This document shows, piece after piece, positions 44,537-54,165 of a stretch of 64,000 nt of DNA. Both the position numbers and the translations under genes were made by a program. The DNA is taken from contig CAZYVR010000002.1 in assembly GCA_964651145.1 (NCBI GenBank), forward strand, positions 63-64,062. Reading direction: 5' to 3'. Source of the stretch: an uncultured Victivallales bacterium (GTDB taxonomy: Bacteria; Verrucomicrobiota; Lentisphaeria; Victivallales; GWF2-45-14). The notes under the pieces were generated by a model. That model made no database searches and was not told where the DNA came from. It saw nothing but the letters and a program-made list of their open reading frames with translations. Every line of letters starts with the position of its first letter. Position 1 is the first letter of the stretch.

Positions 44537-45568
44537 ATGTTGACATCTTATAATTCTGACGCCTCCATGATGCGCGCGGCATTGGGTTTGGCAAAGCGCG
44601 CGTGGGGCAAAACTAATCCCAATCCCATGGTCGGCTCCGTTATCGTAAAGGATGGCAAGATTGTCGGCAGGGGATATCACCGCAAAGCCGGAGAAGCTCA
44701 CGCTGAAATAAACGCGCTGTGCGATGCCGGAGAGAATGCAAAAGACTCCGCTTTGTATGTCACGCTGGAGCCATGCTCCACTACTGGCAGGACTCCGCCA
44801 TGCACAGAGGCCATTATAGCCGCAGGAGTGAAGAAGGTGGTCATAGGCTCTCTTGATCCGAACCCTAAGCATGCAGGGGCAGCCGTGAATCTGCTTGAGC
44901 GCGCCGGGATAGAGGTTGTTTCCGGAGTCGAGGCGGAAAAATGCGACAGGCTTAACGAGGCCTTTTTCAAATGGATAGTGACAGGCAGGCCTTTTGTCCT
45001 TTTAAAAATGGCGATGACTCTTGACGGAAAAATTGCAACATCGGAGGGTCTTTCCAAGTGGATAACCGGGCCTTTCGCAAGAAGGCGGGTGCAGAAGTTG
45101 AGGCAATGGTCAGACGCTATAGTGGTCGGCGGGGGGACGGCCAGGCATGACCGTCCGTCTTTGAACGTCAGGGAGCCGTCAGGATGGCCGTGTCAGCCGC
45201 GCAGAATTATAATCTCCTCAACGCTTTCGAGCAAGGACGCGCTTGAGCTTACGCCTGAGGGCAGGGAGCCTGAGGTCTTTTCGTTGCCGGACAAGGCGAG
45301 TTGGGATGCAATGTTTGTTCGTTTGGGCGCGGAAGATGTTGTGGCTGTCCTTTTGGAGGGCGGCGGCGAGCTTGCAGCTTCGGCTTTGAACGCGGGAGTT
45401 GTGGACAAGGCTGAATTCCATATTGCCCCAAAAATTCTTGGCGGGAGAAACAGCCGCGCAGTGGTTGGCGGGCCCAATCCCATGTCTCTTGCCGAGGCGC
45501 ATGGCTTTTCGGATTTGTCAGTGCGGCGTCTTGGCGATGACATTGCCGTCAGTGGATATATAAAGTAG
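44537..45568 (+). CDS. ribD: Bifunctional deaminase/reductase RibD
   Basis: PNPMVG, HAE, LEPCS..GRTPPC, K.AMTLDG, WIT, LEGG. Confidence 0.96.
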   Translation: MLTSYNSDASMMRAALGLAKRAWGKTNPNPMVGSVIVKDGKIVGRGYHRKAGEAHAEINALCDAGENAKDSALYVTLEPCSTTGRTPPCTEAIIAAGVKKVVIGSLDPNPKHAGAAVNLLERAGIEVVSGVEAEKCDRLNEAFFKWIVTGRPFVLLKMAMTLDGKIATSEGLSKWITGPFARRRVQKLRQWSDAIVVGGGTARHDRPSLNVREPSGWPCQPRRIIISSTLSSKDALELTPEGREPEVFSLPDKASWDAMFVRLGAEDVVAVLLEGGGELAASALNAGVVDKAEFHIAPKILGGRNSRAVVGGPNPMSLAEAHGFSDLSVRRLGDDIAVSGYIK

Positions 45569-45620
45569 TTGCTTTATCCCTGCCTTTGAGTTAAATTATC
45601 CAGATAAATAAAGGAATATT

Positions 45621-46262
45621 ATGTTTACTGGCTTGATTGAGACTACCGCAAAGATTATTGAAAGAAAAATATCGTCTGGAGCTGGAAGGTTCTGCCTTAT
45701 GCCAGCAAAGCCATTTGAGAATTTGAAATACGGCGAAAGCATAGCCGTCAACGGCGCCTGTCTTACGCTGGAAAAGGCCGAAGGCAACGGCTCTTTAACA
45801 TTTCACGTTCTTGAGGAGACTTTTAAAAGAACCAATCTTGGCTCTGTGCCGCTCGGCGCGGAAGTCAATCTTGAAAGAGCCATGGCTATGGGCGACCGCT
45901 TTGGCGGACATATTGTTACCGGGCATATTGACGCGACTGCGCCTGTCAGGCATTTTATGAAAAAAGGAGCAGACTATGAATTGCAAGTTGTCGCTCCGGT
46001 TGCGTTGTTGCCCTTTCTCGTGGAGAAAGGAAGCATCGCCATTGATGGCGTCTCGCTCACTTTGGCCGAGGTAGCCCACGATAGTTTTACTGTTCATATC
46101 ATTCCGGTAACTCTCCAGGATACCGGGTTGAAAAGCCGCAAAGAAGGGGATCTTGTAAATCTGGAGGCGGATTTGATAGGCAAATATGTGCGTCGGCAGT
46201 TTGAATGTGGAAACTATGGGAGCAGTGTTGACATGAATGTTCTCAGAAAGGCTGGCTGGTGA
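45621..46262 (+). CDS. ribE: Riboflavin synthase alpha chain
   Basis: MFTGLIE, SIAVNGACLT, VNLERA, GGHIVTGHID, KGSIAIDGVSLT, VNLE.D. Confidence 0.96.
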   Translation: MFTGLIETTAKIIERKISSGAGRFCLMPAKPFENLKYGESIAVNGACLTLEKAEGNGSLTFHVLEETFKRTNLGSVPLGAEVNLERAMAMGDRFGGHIVTGHIDATAPVRHFMKKGADYELQVVAPVALLPFLVEKGSIAIDGVSLTLAEVAHDSFTVHIIPVTLQDTGLKSRKEGDLVNLEADLIGKYVRRQFECGNYGSSVDMNVLRKAGW

Positions 46263-47035
46263 AGGTTGAATACGGCATAAGTATTGCCTCGTGCGACTCT
46301 TGCGGCGAGCTTTTGAGCTCCGGCGCTTTGAATGAACTATTTGATTGCGTTGAAGCGCCCGGGCAAATGTTATATGCAAAGCGGCATTTTGACGCTTTGG
46401 CGCGCGGAAATTGGACGAGCAGGCGGATGATTGATATAATGCCGCCTTCATTGACGCGCGGAATCATCGAGCAAAGCCGGGGCATTATTGAGGATTTCAA
46501 GTTGCAAGTTGCCATTCTTCTGGACAAAGCGTGCGAATTGCGCGTTGATTCGTTTGTTATTGATTTTTCTCTGGAATCCGCTTTGGCAAATGATGACTTT
46601 CGCAAATCCGCAATTCTTCTTTTTAAAGCTATGGCTCCCATGTTCAGCCGCAAAAAAATTCAATTGTTTATTCCTGTCAGAATTCCGCTTGCGAACCAGA
46701 GACTTTCTGAGTTTTATCACTCTTTCCTGAAAGAAACCATGTGCCCGTGCTTCAAATTTGCCATTAATGTTTATCCTCATGAGCTGACCAAAGGCTTTTC
46801 GCCTAAGGAACTCCTCCGCTGGTTTCGTTTTGACATCGGAGCACTGAGGCTTGTTTACGAACCGGAAATGGGCAATCGTCTTGTTGAAAAACTTGTTTTG
46901 CCATGGGATGAATATCTCAAAGAAAACGCGGCAATTTCCGAGATTTTTTTCTGTCCCAGAATTTCCAGCCGCGAACGTTTTCTGGAAGAAGCTGACAATT
47001 TGCGCGGAATGTTAGTGAAAATGCGCGAATCCTGA
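46259..47035 (+). CDS. Hypothetical protein, possibly a degenerate sugar-phosphate-isomerase/AP-endonuclease-2 TIM barrel
   Basis: GTG start overlaps the ribE stop; alternating beta/alpha pattern; fold call is inference only. Confidence 0.5.
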   Translation: MKVEYGISIASCDSCGELLSSGALNELFDCVEAPGQMLYAKRHFDALARGNWTSRRMIDIMPPSLTRGIIEQSRGIIEDFKLQVAILLDKACELRVDSFVIDFSLESALANDDFRKSAILLFKAMAPMFSRKKIQLFIPVRIPLANQRLSEFYHSFLKETMCPCFKFAINVYPHELTKGFSPKELLRWFRFDIGALRLVYEPEMGNRLVEKLVLPWDEYLKENAAISEIFFCPRISSRERFLEEADNLRGMLVKMRES

Positions 47036-47072
47036 ATATATTATCTTTGAACAAAAGGGAGATTTTTTAGTT

Positions 47073-47792
47073 ATGTTGAAACTTGGCGTAAATGTTGATC
47101 ACGTTGCCACAGTCCGCGAAGCCAGGAAAGCGCTTTTGCCTGACCCGCTGGAAGCTGCTTTGATTTGTGAAAGAGCCGGAGCATTTGGAATAACTGCCCA
47201 TCTCAGGGAAGACCGCAGGCACATGAATGATGCTGATATGGAAAAACTTGTTGCCAATGTAAAAGCATTGAACATGGAAATGGCCGTCACTGAGGAGATG
47301 ATTGGAATAGCTTCCAAGCTGAAGCCCCACAGTTGTTGCCTGGTGCCCGAAAAAAGACAGGAGCTGACCACTGAGGGCGGATTGGACACCGTTGGAAATC
47401 TCAACTCGATTTCCGGCGCGGTCAAAAGACTTCAGGCCGCTGGAATAATTGTCAGCCTTTTTATAGACCCGGAAGAGAAGCAGATACGGGCTGCTCATGA
47501 AGTGGGAGCGGAATATATTGAACTGCATACCGGAGCTTTCGCGAATGCTTCAGGCGAGGAGCAGGAGCGCGAACTGGAAAGACTCATAAAAGGCGCAGAG
47601 CTTGCCCATAGCCTCGGGCTGAATGTGAATGCCGGGCATGGAATAGATTATGAGAATATTTCCGGCATTCTTCAGATTCCGCATTTGAAAGAGTTAAACA
47701 TCGGACATAGCATAATTGCGCGCGCGGTGATTGTTGGAATCAACACCGCTGTTTGCGAAATGTGTGACCTGATGTCAGAGTATCCGTCCTGA
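47073..47792 (+). CDS. pdxJ: Pyridoxine 5'-phosphate synthase
   Basis: LGVNVDHVATVR, GITAHLREDRRH, CLVPEKRQELTTEGG, IELHTG, NAGHG, ELNIGH. Confidence 0.97.
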   Translation: MLKLGVNVDHVATVREARKALLPDPLEAALICERAGAFGITAHLREDRRHMNDADMEKLVANVKALNMEMAVTEEMIGIASKLKPHSCCLVPEKRQELTTEGGLDTVGNLNSISGAVKRLQAAGIIVSLFIDPEEKQIRAAHEVGAEYIELHTGAFANASGEEQERELERLIKGAELAHSLGLNVNAGHGIDYENISGILQIPHLKELNIGHSIIARAVIVGINTAVCEMCDLMSEYPS

Positions 47793-47816
47793 TTAATATT
47801 GTTATAGGAGTTTTAT

Positions 47817-48917
47817 ATGGCCCACAGTATTTTGCATGAAGTATTGGCGCTCGGAGTCAATTCCAACGCCTCGGATTGGCATATTAAGGAAAACAGCCCG
47901 GTGACTCTGAGAATCGCAGGCAAGCTTGTTGACACTGACTTGACTCCGGATGGCGAGTTGATGGATAAAATCATTCAGGAAATGACCAATGGCGACGAGC
48001 GCCTCATGGGGCGTTACACTGAAAATGGCGATCTTGACTTGTCGTTTGTGGAGGACGAGGTCGGACGCTTCAGGGTCAACCTCCATAAGCAGCGCGGCGA
48101 AAAAGGCATTACTATGCGCCATGTCAAAACCAACATTATGAACTTTGAACAGCTTGGCGTTCCTCCGATAATCCAAACATTGGCTGAATCGGAGCGCGGA
48201 ATTATTATTATAAGCGGAACCACCGGCTCTGGGAAATCCACGACCATGGCGGCTATGCTTCAGTATATTAACATGACCATGCGCAAGCATATCATTACAG
48301 TTGAAGACCCGATTGAATATGAGTTCTTCGATCAGAAATCTTTTTTCGAGCAACGCGAAGTGGGACTTGACACTGTCTCGTTTTACAGCGCGCTTATTCA
48401 TGCTTTGCGGCAGGACCCCGATGTTATAATGGTTGGTGAAATGCGCGACAAGGAAAGCTTCGAAGCCGCTTTGCAGGCGGCTGACACAGGACATTTAGTG
48501 TTGACAACTCTTCACTCTTCAACAGCTTCTCAGGCGGTCAACCGTATTCTTGATTTTTACGACCATGCGGAACAGGAGCCCATAAGGGACGCGCTTGCTG
48601 TCAATCTGCGCGCCATAATCGCCCAAAGGCTTATGCCTAGAGCTTTTGGCGGAGGCGTGGCGCCCACCAACGAGATAATGATCAATACGGCAATCATTCG
48701 CAAGCTCCTGCAGGAGAACAGGCTTGATAAGCTCGCTGGCGCCATAGAAGGTTCCCGCCATGAAGGGATGCAGTCATTCAATCAGTCCCTGTACGAGTTG
48801 ATCAACAACGGCGACATTACCGAGGAAGACGCAATGAAGGCCTCCTCTAATCCGGATGCTCTTAAGATGAACCTCAAAGGAATATTCCTTGGAGGCGACA
48901 ACAAAATCCTTGGCTGA
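47817..48917 (+). CDS. pilT: Type IV pilus retraction ATPase, PilT/PilU family
   Basis: ASD.H, RFRVNL, GTTGSGKSTT, TVEDPIE, QREVG.DT, ALRQDPDVI.VGEMRD, AA.TGHLV.TTLH, GMQSFNQ.L. Confidence 0.9.
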   Translation: MAHSILHEVLALGVNSNASDWHIKENSPVTLRIAGKLVDTDLTPDGELMDKIIQEMTNGDERLMGRYTENGDLDLSFVEDEVGRFRVNLHKQRGEKGITMRHVKTNIMNFEQLGVPPIIQTLAESERGIIIISGTTGSGKSTTMAAMLQYINMTMRKHIITVEDPIEYEFFDQKSFFEQREVGLDTVSFYSALIHALRQDPDVIMVGEMRDKESFEAALQAADTGHLVLTTLHSSTASQAVNRILDFYDHAEQEPIRDALAVNLRAIIAQRLMPRAFGGGVAPTNEIMINTAIIRKLLQENRLDKLAGAIEGSRHEGMQSFNQSLYELINNGDITEEDAMKASSNPDALKMNLKGIFLGGDNKILG

Positions 48918-48922
48918 AATTA

Positions 48923-49963
48923 TCAGTTTTCGTGGTTTGGCGGAAGCAGATTTATTTTTTCAAGGAGCTTGACAAAACTTTTGCCCAGCGGAGCCTTGAT
49001 TGAGATTATTTTATCAGTGAACGGATGCTTGAACTCCAATTTGACGGCGGCAAGCAAAAGACGATGACAACTGAACTCGTGTCGGAACATCTTGTTGTGT
49101 CGGCCATCGCCGTGCGCAGTGTCTCCCACTAAAGGATGGCGGATATGGGCAAAATGACGCCTTATCTGGTGATTGCGCCCTGTTTTAAGGTTTACTTTAA
49201 CCAGAGAGTATCTGGAGGTTTGGTACGGTCCGACAGGGATTTGCAGCTCCGTTCTTGAAAGCGTTTCGTATTCTGTAATGGCTTCCTGGCTCTTGCCGCT
49301 TTCGCTTTTCAGTGGACTGTCAATAATATTTGCGTCTTCAGTGTGCCCTCTGGCTACAGCCCAATAGCTCTTTTTAATGTTGCGCTCCCTGAATAGCCTG
49401 AAAAACTCAGATGCGCGATCTGAGCCAAACGCAAACAGAACCACGCCGGAAGTAGCGCGGTCCAGACGATGCACTGGATACACTTTTTTGCCTGTTTGTT
49501 CACGAACGCGCTGCAACAGAAAATCATTGTCGCTTGTCATGCTGGTGCGGTGGACCAGCAGGCCCGATGGCTTGTTCACTGCCACGCAATATTCATCCTG
49601 ATAGAGGATTTTTACTTCTTTTTTCAATAACTTGAAGCGCTCAGTTTTGAGGATGGCCGCAATTGAGGGGAGGTCTTTTATTTTTCCTTCGCCGACTTTT
49701 GCCACTGCGTCATCAAGGAGGATCTTTAAGATTTGCTTGTCAGTTATTTCGGCGTCCGATTCAACTAAAATCAAGCTTGCATTGAGCATTGAGTCATCAA
49801 CGCTGGCGGATAAGATGGGAATAGTTTCAATCAGAGAAAAGCCCATTTCTTCAAGTTTTTCCGTTGCCTCCAATAAACGCGGGCCTGTTTGGCTTTCGCG
49901 CAAATAAACAAAGCCGCTAGTGTCGGCGGGGAGAACATAATTCAGACCTGTGGTTTTAGTCAT
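48923..49963 (-). CDS. RluA-family pseudouridine synthase (TruC-like) with an extra N-terminal ~115 aa region
   Basis: AVNKPSGLLVH, HRLDRATSG (catalytic Asp), KTGRNHQIRRH..HI.HP..GD..HGDG..N. Confidence 0.85.
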   Translation of the reverse strand: MTKTTGLNYVLPADTSGFVYLRESQTGPRLLEATEKLEEMGFSLIETIPILSASVDDSMLNASLILVESDAEITDKQILKILLDDAVAKVGEGKIKDLPSIAAILKTERFKLLKKEVKILYQDEYCVAVNKPSGLLVHRTSMTSDNDFLLQRVREQTGKKVYPVHRLDRATSGVVLFAFGSDRASEFFRLFRERNIKKSYWAVARGHTEDANIIDSPLKSESGKSQEAITEYETLSRTELQIPVGPYQTSRYSLVKVNLKTGRNHQIRRHFAHIRHPLVGDTAHGDGRHNKMFRHEFSCHRLLLAAVKLEFKHPFTDKIISIKAPLGKSFVKLLEKINLLPPNHEN

Positions 49964-50468
49964 TCTGTTTTTTTATCTCCTTGCTGAAAAACAGCATTAT
50001 AACTGCGGGTGACGCCAGGAACAGGAAGTAGTATTTCCATACTCCGATATGCCAGAAAACGTTGTATGTCTGATATGGACGGATCCAGCTCCACATCCCG
50101 AGTTCAACTCCTGCTATTTCGCCAAATGACAATAAGAATGAAAGCGCAATGGCTATAACGACTGCTGTCAGCCGGGAATGTCTTTTTAGCTTGCCGTTCA
50201 AGTACAGGCTTGCCTCAAATATTGCGGCCGACACCAATGTGGCGAGGCATATTATGTATAGCGGCACATCGGTTCCCGGTATCCATAGCAGAAACGAAGG
50301 GGGGAAAACCGTGACCCTTGTCACAAAGAAGTTTATAAATTCTCCAGTGGCCGCGCTTATGCAAGCCAGCCCCATTGTCAGCATTGTGCAATTGCGTTTT
50401 TTCCTGATCAGGAAAAAGAGAAGCGTTGCAAAAAAGACAAATATGGCTATTTCAATAATACGCTGCAA
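49956..50468 (-). CDS. Hypothetical integral membrane protein
   Basis: About five hydrophobic segments; E......W.W motif; translationally coupled to the downstream gene. Confidence 0.65.
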   Translation of the reverse strand: MQRIIEIAIFVFFATLLFFLIRKKRNCTMLTMGLACISAATGEFINFFVTRVTVFPPSFLLWIPGTDVPLYIICLATLVSAAIFEASLYLNGKLKRHSRLTAVVIAIALSFLLSFGEIAGVELGMWSWIRPYQTYNVFWHIGVWKYYFLFLASPAVIMLFFSKEIKKQND

Positions 50469-50492
50469 AGGATCCTCCCTCGATCAATATAG

Positions 50493-51896
50493 TTATGACA
50501 GATATTTGTCTATGCTGTGGGAGATGATAACTCCGTAGTTGGCGGCTCCGAGCCAGCCAGACATGATGATGCCCACCGAGCCCGCATGGAAAAGTCCTCC
50601 AATTTGCTCGGGAAGCTTCATGCTTACTTCGAGTCCTTCGAACTTTGTCCCGAATGAAGCGCCGCCGCCATGAAGGGTGTAATGCTTGAATGTTCTGGGC
50701 GTGGCGGCCTCCAGATAGTCAATTTTATCGGCTACGCCGGGAATGTATTTGTCGAGGGCGGCTATAGTGTCGTTGATAAGCTTTTGTTTTTCGAGCTTGT
50801 ATTGCTCATCGTCAAGATTTGCCCAGTCCTCGTAGCGCGCGTTCATTGAAGCCACTACTGTGTAGTCTGTGGAGCCTGGCCTTATGTCCGGATAGTAAAC
50901 CGAGAAAGTTCTGCTTGTCACATCCTTTGACACAATTTGGACGGGGTCAAACGTAGGGCAGTCCGAGGTGAACAGCAAATCGCCTATAAAATCAAATTTT
51001 TCACCCGGCTTAAAGCCTATGTAGACCTGACTGCTGCTGTTGTTCAATCGTGTCTTTTTGACCTTTTTTAGAAAGTCCTCAGAAAAATGTTCGTCTCCCA
51101 CCCATTCATGGATTGTGCTTAGGATATTTCCGTTGGAAAGGATTGCGCGGCATTGAATATCCCGTCCTTTGACGACGGCTCCTGTCACTTTGCCGTTTTC
51201 TATTTTTGCCTTTTCAAATTTTGCGCCTGTTATGATATCCACGCCATTTTTCGAGAGAATTTTTTCCATCATATCCAGCATTAGATCAGTCCCGCCGGAA
51301 AAAGTATACACGCCTTTGCTCATAAAGTTGGAAAAAACAATGCCGTATGTTATGGCCGGCTCGTCAAGGGTTGAGCCGTTTGCGTAGGTTATCGGCTCCA
51401 TCAGCAGGCGCGTCACGTCGTTTCTGCCGGGGAAGTGCTTTTCAAAAAGCTCTTTGTTGGTCATTGTGTTTTCGTCATAGAAGTTCATTTCGGCGAGCTC
51501 TTTGTAGAAAGCTTCCACTTTCCCCCGTTCAAGTCCGAAATTGTCCACTAGCTTATTTGTGAAGTCTTCCTCTGTGAAAGAGGTGTCTAGCTTGAACTGA
51601 GGGTTGTCAAAGCGCACGCTCTTTACTTGAATTATGCGCTCCGCCATTTCCTTCGACCAATAACGCCTGAGCGTTTTTTTCATTCCGACAGGAAATCCAT
51701 GCAAGGCCACATCAAATATATGTTGTTTCCTTTTGAAATAAGTGGCGAGTCCGCCCAATTGGAAATGTTGTTCGACCAGGAGGACTTTAAATCCATTTTT
51801 TGCCATGACATTTGCGGCAGTCAGCCCGCCAAGTCCGCCCCCGGCCACTATTAAGTCGTAACAGTCCGAAATTTCTGATATTTTTTTGCGCGACAC
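50493..51896 (-). CDS. Phytoene-desaturase-like FAD-dependent oxidoreductase
   Basis: GGGLGGLTAA..MAK.G..VLLVEQH..LGG; TPRTF..YT; GLFHAGS. Confidence 0.8.
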   Translation of the reverse strand: MSRKKISEISDCYDLIVAGGGLGGLTAANVMAKNGFKVLLVEQHFQLGGLATYFKRKQHIFDVALHGFPVGMKKTLRRYWSKEMAERIIQVKSVRFDNPQFKLDTSFTEEDFTNKLVDNFGLERGKVEAFYKELAEMNFYDENTMTNKELFEKHFPGRNDVTRLLMEPITYANGSTLDEPAITYGIVFSNFMSKGVYTFSGGTDLMLDMMEKILSKNGVDIITGAKFEKAKIENGKVTGAVVKGRDIQCRAILSNGNILSTIHEWVGDEHFSEDFLKKVKKTRLNNSSSQVYIGFKPGEKFDFIGDLLFTSDCPTFDPVQIVSKDVTSRTFSVYYPDIRPGSTDYTVVASMNARYEDWANLDDEQYKLEKQKLINDTIAALDKYIPGVADKIDYLEAATPRTFKHYTLHGGGASFGTKFEGLEVSMKLPEQIGGLFHAGSVGIIMSGWLGAANYGVIISHSIDKYLS

Positions 51897-52143
51897 TTTT
51901 GTCTCTTTCTGATTTTAATTTTATGAACATCGACTAGGAAACTGATTGCGCTCAATTTATGCTTCCGCGCTATTCTAGTTTCCGCACGTGTTAAAAAACA
52001 CAGTTTTAGCGAAATGTCAATTATTTTTGGTTAATTTGCGCTTTTTTAGCTTGCAAGCGAAAATATGCGCAATCAAGTTTGTTTTTATGTTAAAATATCT
52101 TATATTTAAACTTAAGTATGTATTTAATAGAGGTTTATCTGGT

Positions 52144-53724
52144 ATGGACAGGAAGAAGATATTCATTTACGACACGACATTGCGCGACGGCTCGCAAGCG
52201 GAAGGCGTCTCGTTTTCCAAGACTGACAAAGTGCGCATAGTTGAGAAGCTTGACTCTTTCGGCGTGACATATGTGGAAGGCGGCTGGCCTGGCTCAAATC
52301 CGCGCGACATGGCTTTTTTTGAAGCGGTAAAAGGGCGAAAATTTAAAAATATAAAGCTTGCCGCTTTTGGAAGCACGCGCCGCGCCAATTCCAAAGTGAG
52401 CGAAGACGCCAATATTATCAAGCTCCTCGAAGCCGAAACCCCCGTGGTCACCATTTTTGGGAAAACATGGCTGCTGCATGTGCATGAAGCTTTAAGAATA
52501 ACTCCAGAACAGAATCTCGAATTGATCGCTGATTCCTGCGCATACTTGAAGGAGCACGGACGCGAAGTCATTTTTGACGCCGAACATTTTTTTGATGGCT
52601 ACAAAGACAATCCGGGTTACGCCGTTGACGCGCTTCTTCACGCTGTTAAAAATGGGGCGACCACCGTGGCGCTGTGCGATACAAATGGCGGCTCGCTCTG
52701 CTCTGAAATAGCAACGATCTGTAACTCTGTAAAAAAAGCTTTGCCAGAAAATATATCCCTTGGAATTCATTGCCATGACGACGGCGGACTTGCGGTGGCG
52801 AACTCAATTATAGGCGTGGAGCATGGCGTGGTGCATGTTCAGGGAACCATCAACGGCATTGGCGAACGATGCGGGAATGCCAATTTGTGCTCAATAATCC
52901 CGTCTCTGGAGCTCAAGATGAACATGAGCTGCATACTGCCTGGAGAAATCAAAAATTTGAGGAAGGTCAGTCTGTTTATTGACGACCTTGTCAATATAAG
53001 GCATAACAGGCGTTCTCCATATGTTGGAGAAAGCGCATTTGCTCACAAAGGCGGCATACATGTGAACGCTGTGCAAAAGAATTCTGACACTTACGAGCAT
53101 ATCGCTCCAGAATCTGTGGGCAATCTCCGCAGGATTCTTGTTTCGGACCTTTCCGGACGGGACAATGTGAAGACCAAGCTGGACGACCAGAAGCTCGACT
53201 TGGAGGTGAGCGGTGATGACTTAAAAAGAATTCTGGCAGAGCTTAAGAACAAGGAACATAAAGGATATGAATATGAGGCTGCGGAAGCTTCGTTCAACCT
53301 CCTGGCCAAGAAAGTCCTGAAAGTGCATGATCCTTTTTTCGAGCTGAACGGGTTCCGGGTTATCGTGGAAAAACGCGGCCACAACGAGCCATGCATTTCC
53401 GAGGCAACCGTAAAAGTGACAGTGCAGGGCAAGCAGGAGCTCACTGCCGCTGAAGGCGATGGTCCGGTAAATGCCCTTGATCAGGCATTGAGAAAAGCTT
53501 TGGGTCGCTTCTATCCTGAAATTCTGGATGTCCGACTGAAAGATTACAAAGTGAGAATCCTGGATGGCGATGATGGAACAGCCGCCAAAACCAGAGTTCT
53601 TATAGAGTCTGGAGACAAAGACAAGGTTTGGGGCACCGTGGGTGTCAGCGAAAATATTATAGAGGCTTCTTGGGAGGCCTTGCTTGATTCTCTTGAATAC
53701 ATTTTGTATGATAAGCAAAGTTGA
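52144..53724 (+). CDS. cimA: Citramalate synthase (CimA, Geobacter/LeuA-like type)
   Basis: YDTTLRDGSQAEG, EGGWPGSNP, FDAEHFFDGY, GIHCHDD, GERCGNANL, AFAHKGG.H, GDGPVNALD, WGTVGVS.NII.ASW. Confidence 0.9.
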   Translation: MDRKKIFIYDTTLRDGSQAEGVSFSKTDKVRIVEKLDSFGVTYVEGGWPGSNPRDMAFFEAVKGRKFKNIKLAAFGSTRRANSKVSEDANIIKLLEAETPVVTIFGKTWLLHVHEALRITPEQNLELIADSCAYLKEHGREVIFDAEHFFDGYKDNPGYAVDALLHAVKNGATTVALCDTNGGSLCSEIATICNSVKKALPENISLGIHCHDDGGLAVANSIIGVEHGVVHVQGTINGIGERCGNANLCSIIPSLELKMNMSCILPGEIKNLRKVSLFIDDLVNIRHNRRSPYVGESAFAHKGGIHVNAVQKNSDTYEHIAPESVGNLRRILVSDLSGRDNVKTKLDDQKLDLEVSGDDLKRILAELKNKEHKGYEYEAAEASFNLLAKKVLKVHDPFFELNGFRVIVEKRGHNEPCISEATVKVTVQGKQELTAAEGDGPVNALDQALRKALGRFYPEILDVRLKDYKVRILDGDDGTAAKTRVLIESGDKDKVWGTVGVSENIIEASWEALLDSLEYILYDKQS

Positions 53725-53764
53725 GACAATCATTAAAAACATAAAACATAAGAGAAAATAAACT

Positions 53765-54142
53765 ATGAAAAGATTTATTATGTTGGTTTTTCTAATTGTG
53801 TTTGCGTGGGCTCTTTTTCCGGCTCCAGAGGCAAAGGCTATGGACCCAGTTACGCTCGCGCTTCTCACGCCTGCGGCGATATATGTGGCTAAAAAAGCCA
53901 GCCCGTATGTTATAAGAGGACTTATGAATGCCGGCAAAGGAATGCTTAAAGTGGGCTCAGATATGCTGGACTTTTTTAGGTTGCCGCTTGGTTTATTCCA
54001 GACAACTATTCTTGCCCCTTTTGGGCAATTTACTCCAGGATGCAAAAATCTTTTTGTAGGATCCATCGCGCCATTCAAGATGACTATGCATATGCTGCTG
54101 GTGCCTGTTATGTTGACAGGCATAAATATTAATGTAAACTGA
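53765..54142 (+). CDS. Hypothetical exported protein
   Basis: Signal peptide ending AKA; GAGA RBS. Confidence 0.65.
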   Translation: MKRFIMLVFLIVFAWALFPAPEAKAMDPVTLALLTPAAIYVAKKASPYVIRGLMNAGKGMLKVGSDMLDFFRLPLGLFQTTILAPFGQFTPGCKNLFVGSIAPFKMTMHMLLVPVMLTGININVN

Positions 54143-54165
54143 CTTGACAGGCTTGGTGTGTCTTT

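Noticed and set aside
51900-52143. Leu/Ile attenuator leader peptide for cimA
   Set aside because: The short ORFs (MNID, MLPRYSSFRTC) lack runs of Leu/Ile/Val codons, and no terminator precedes the start
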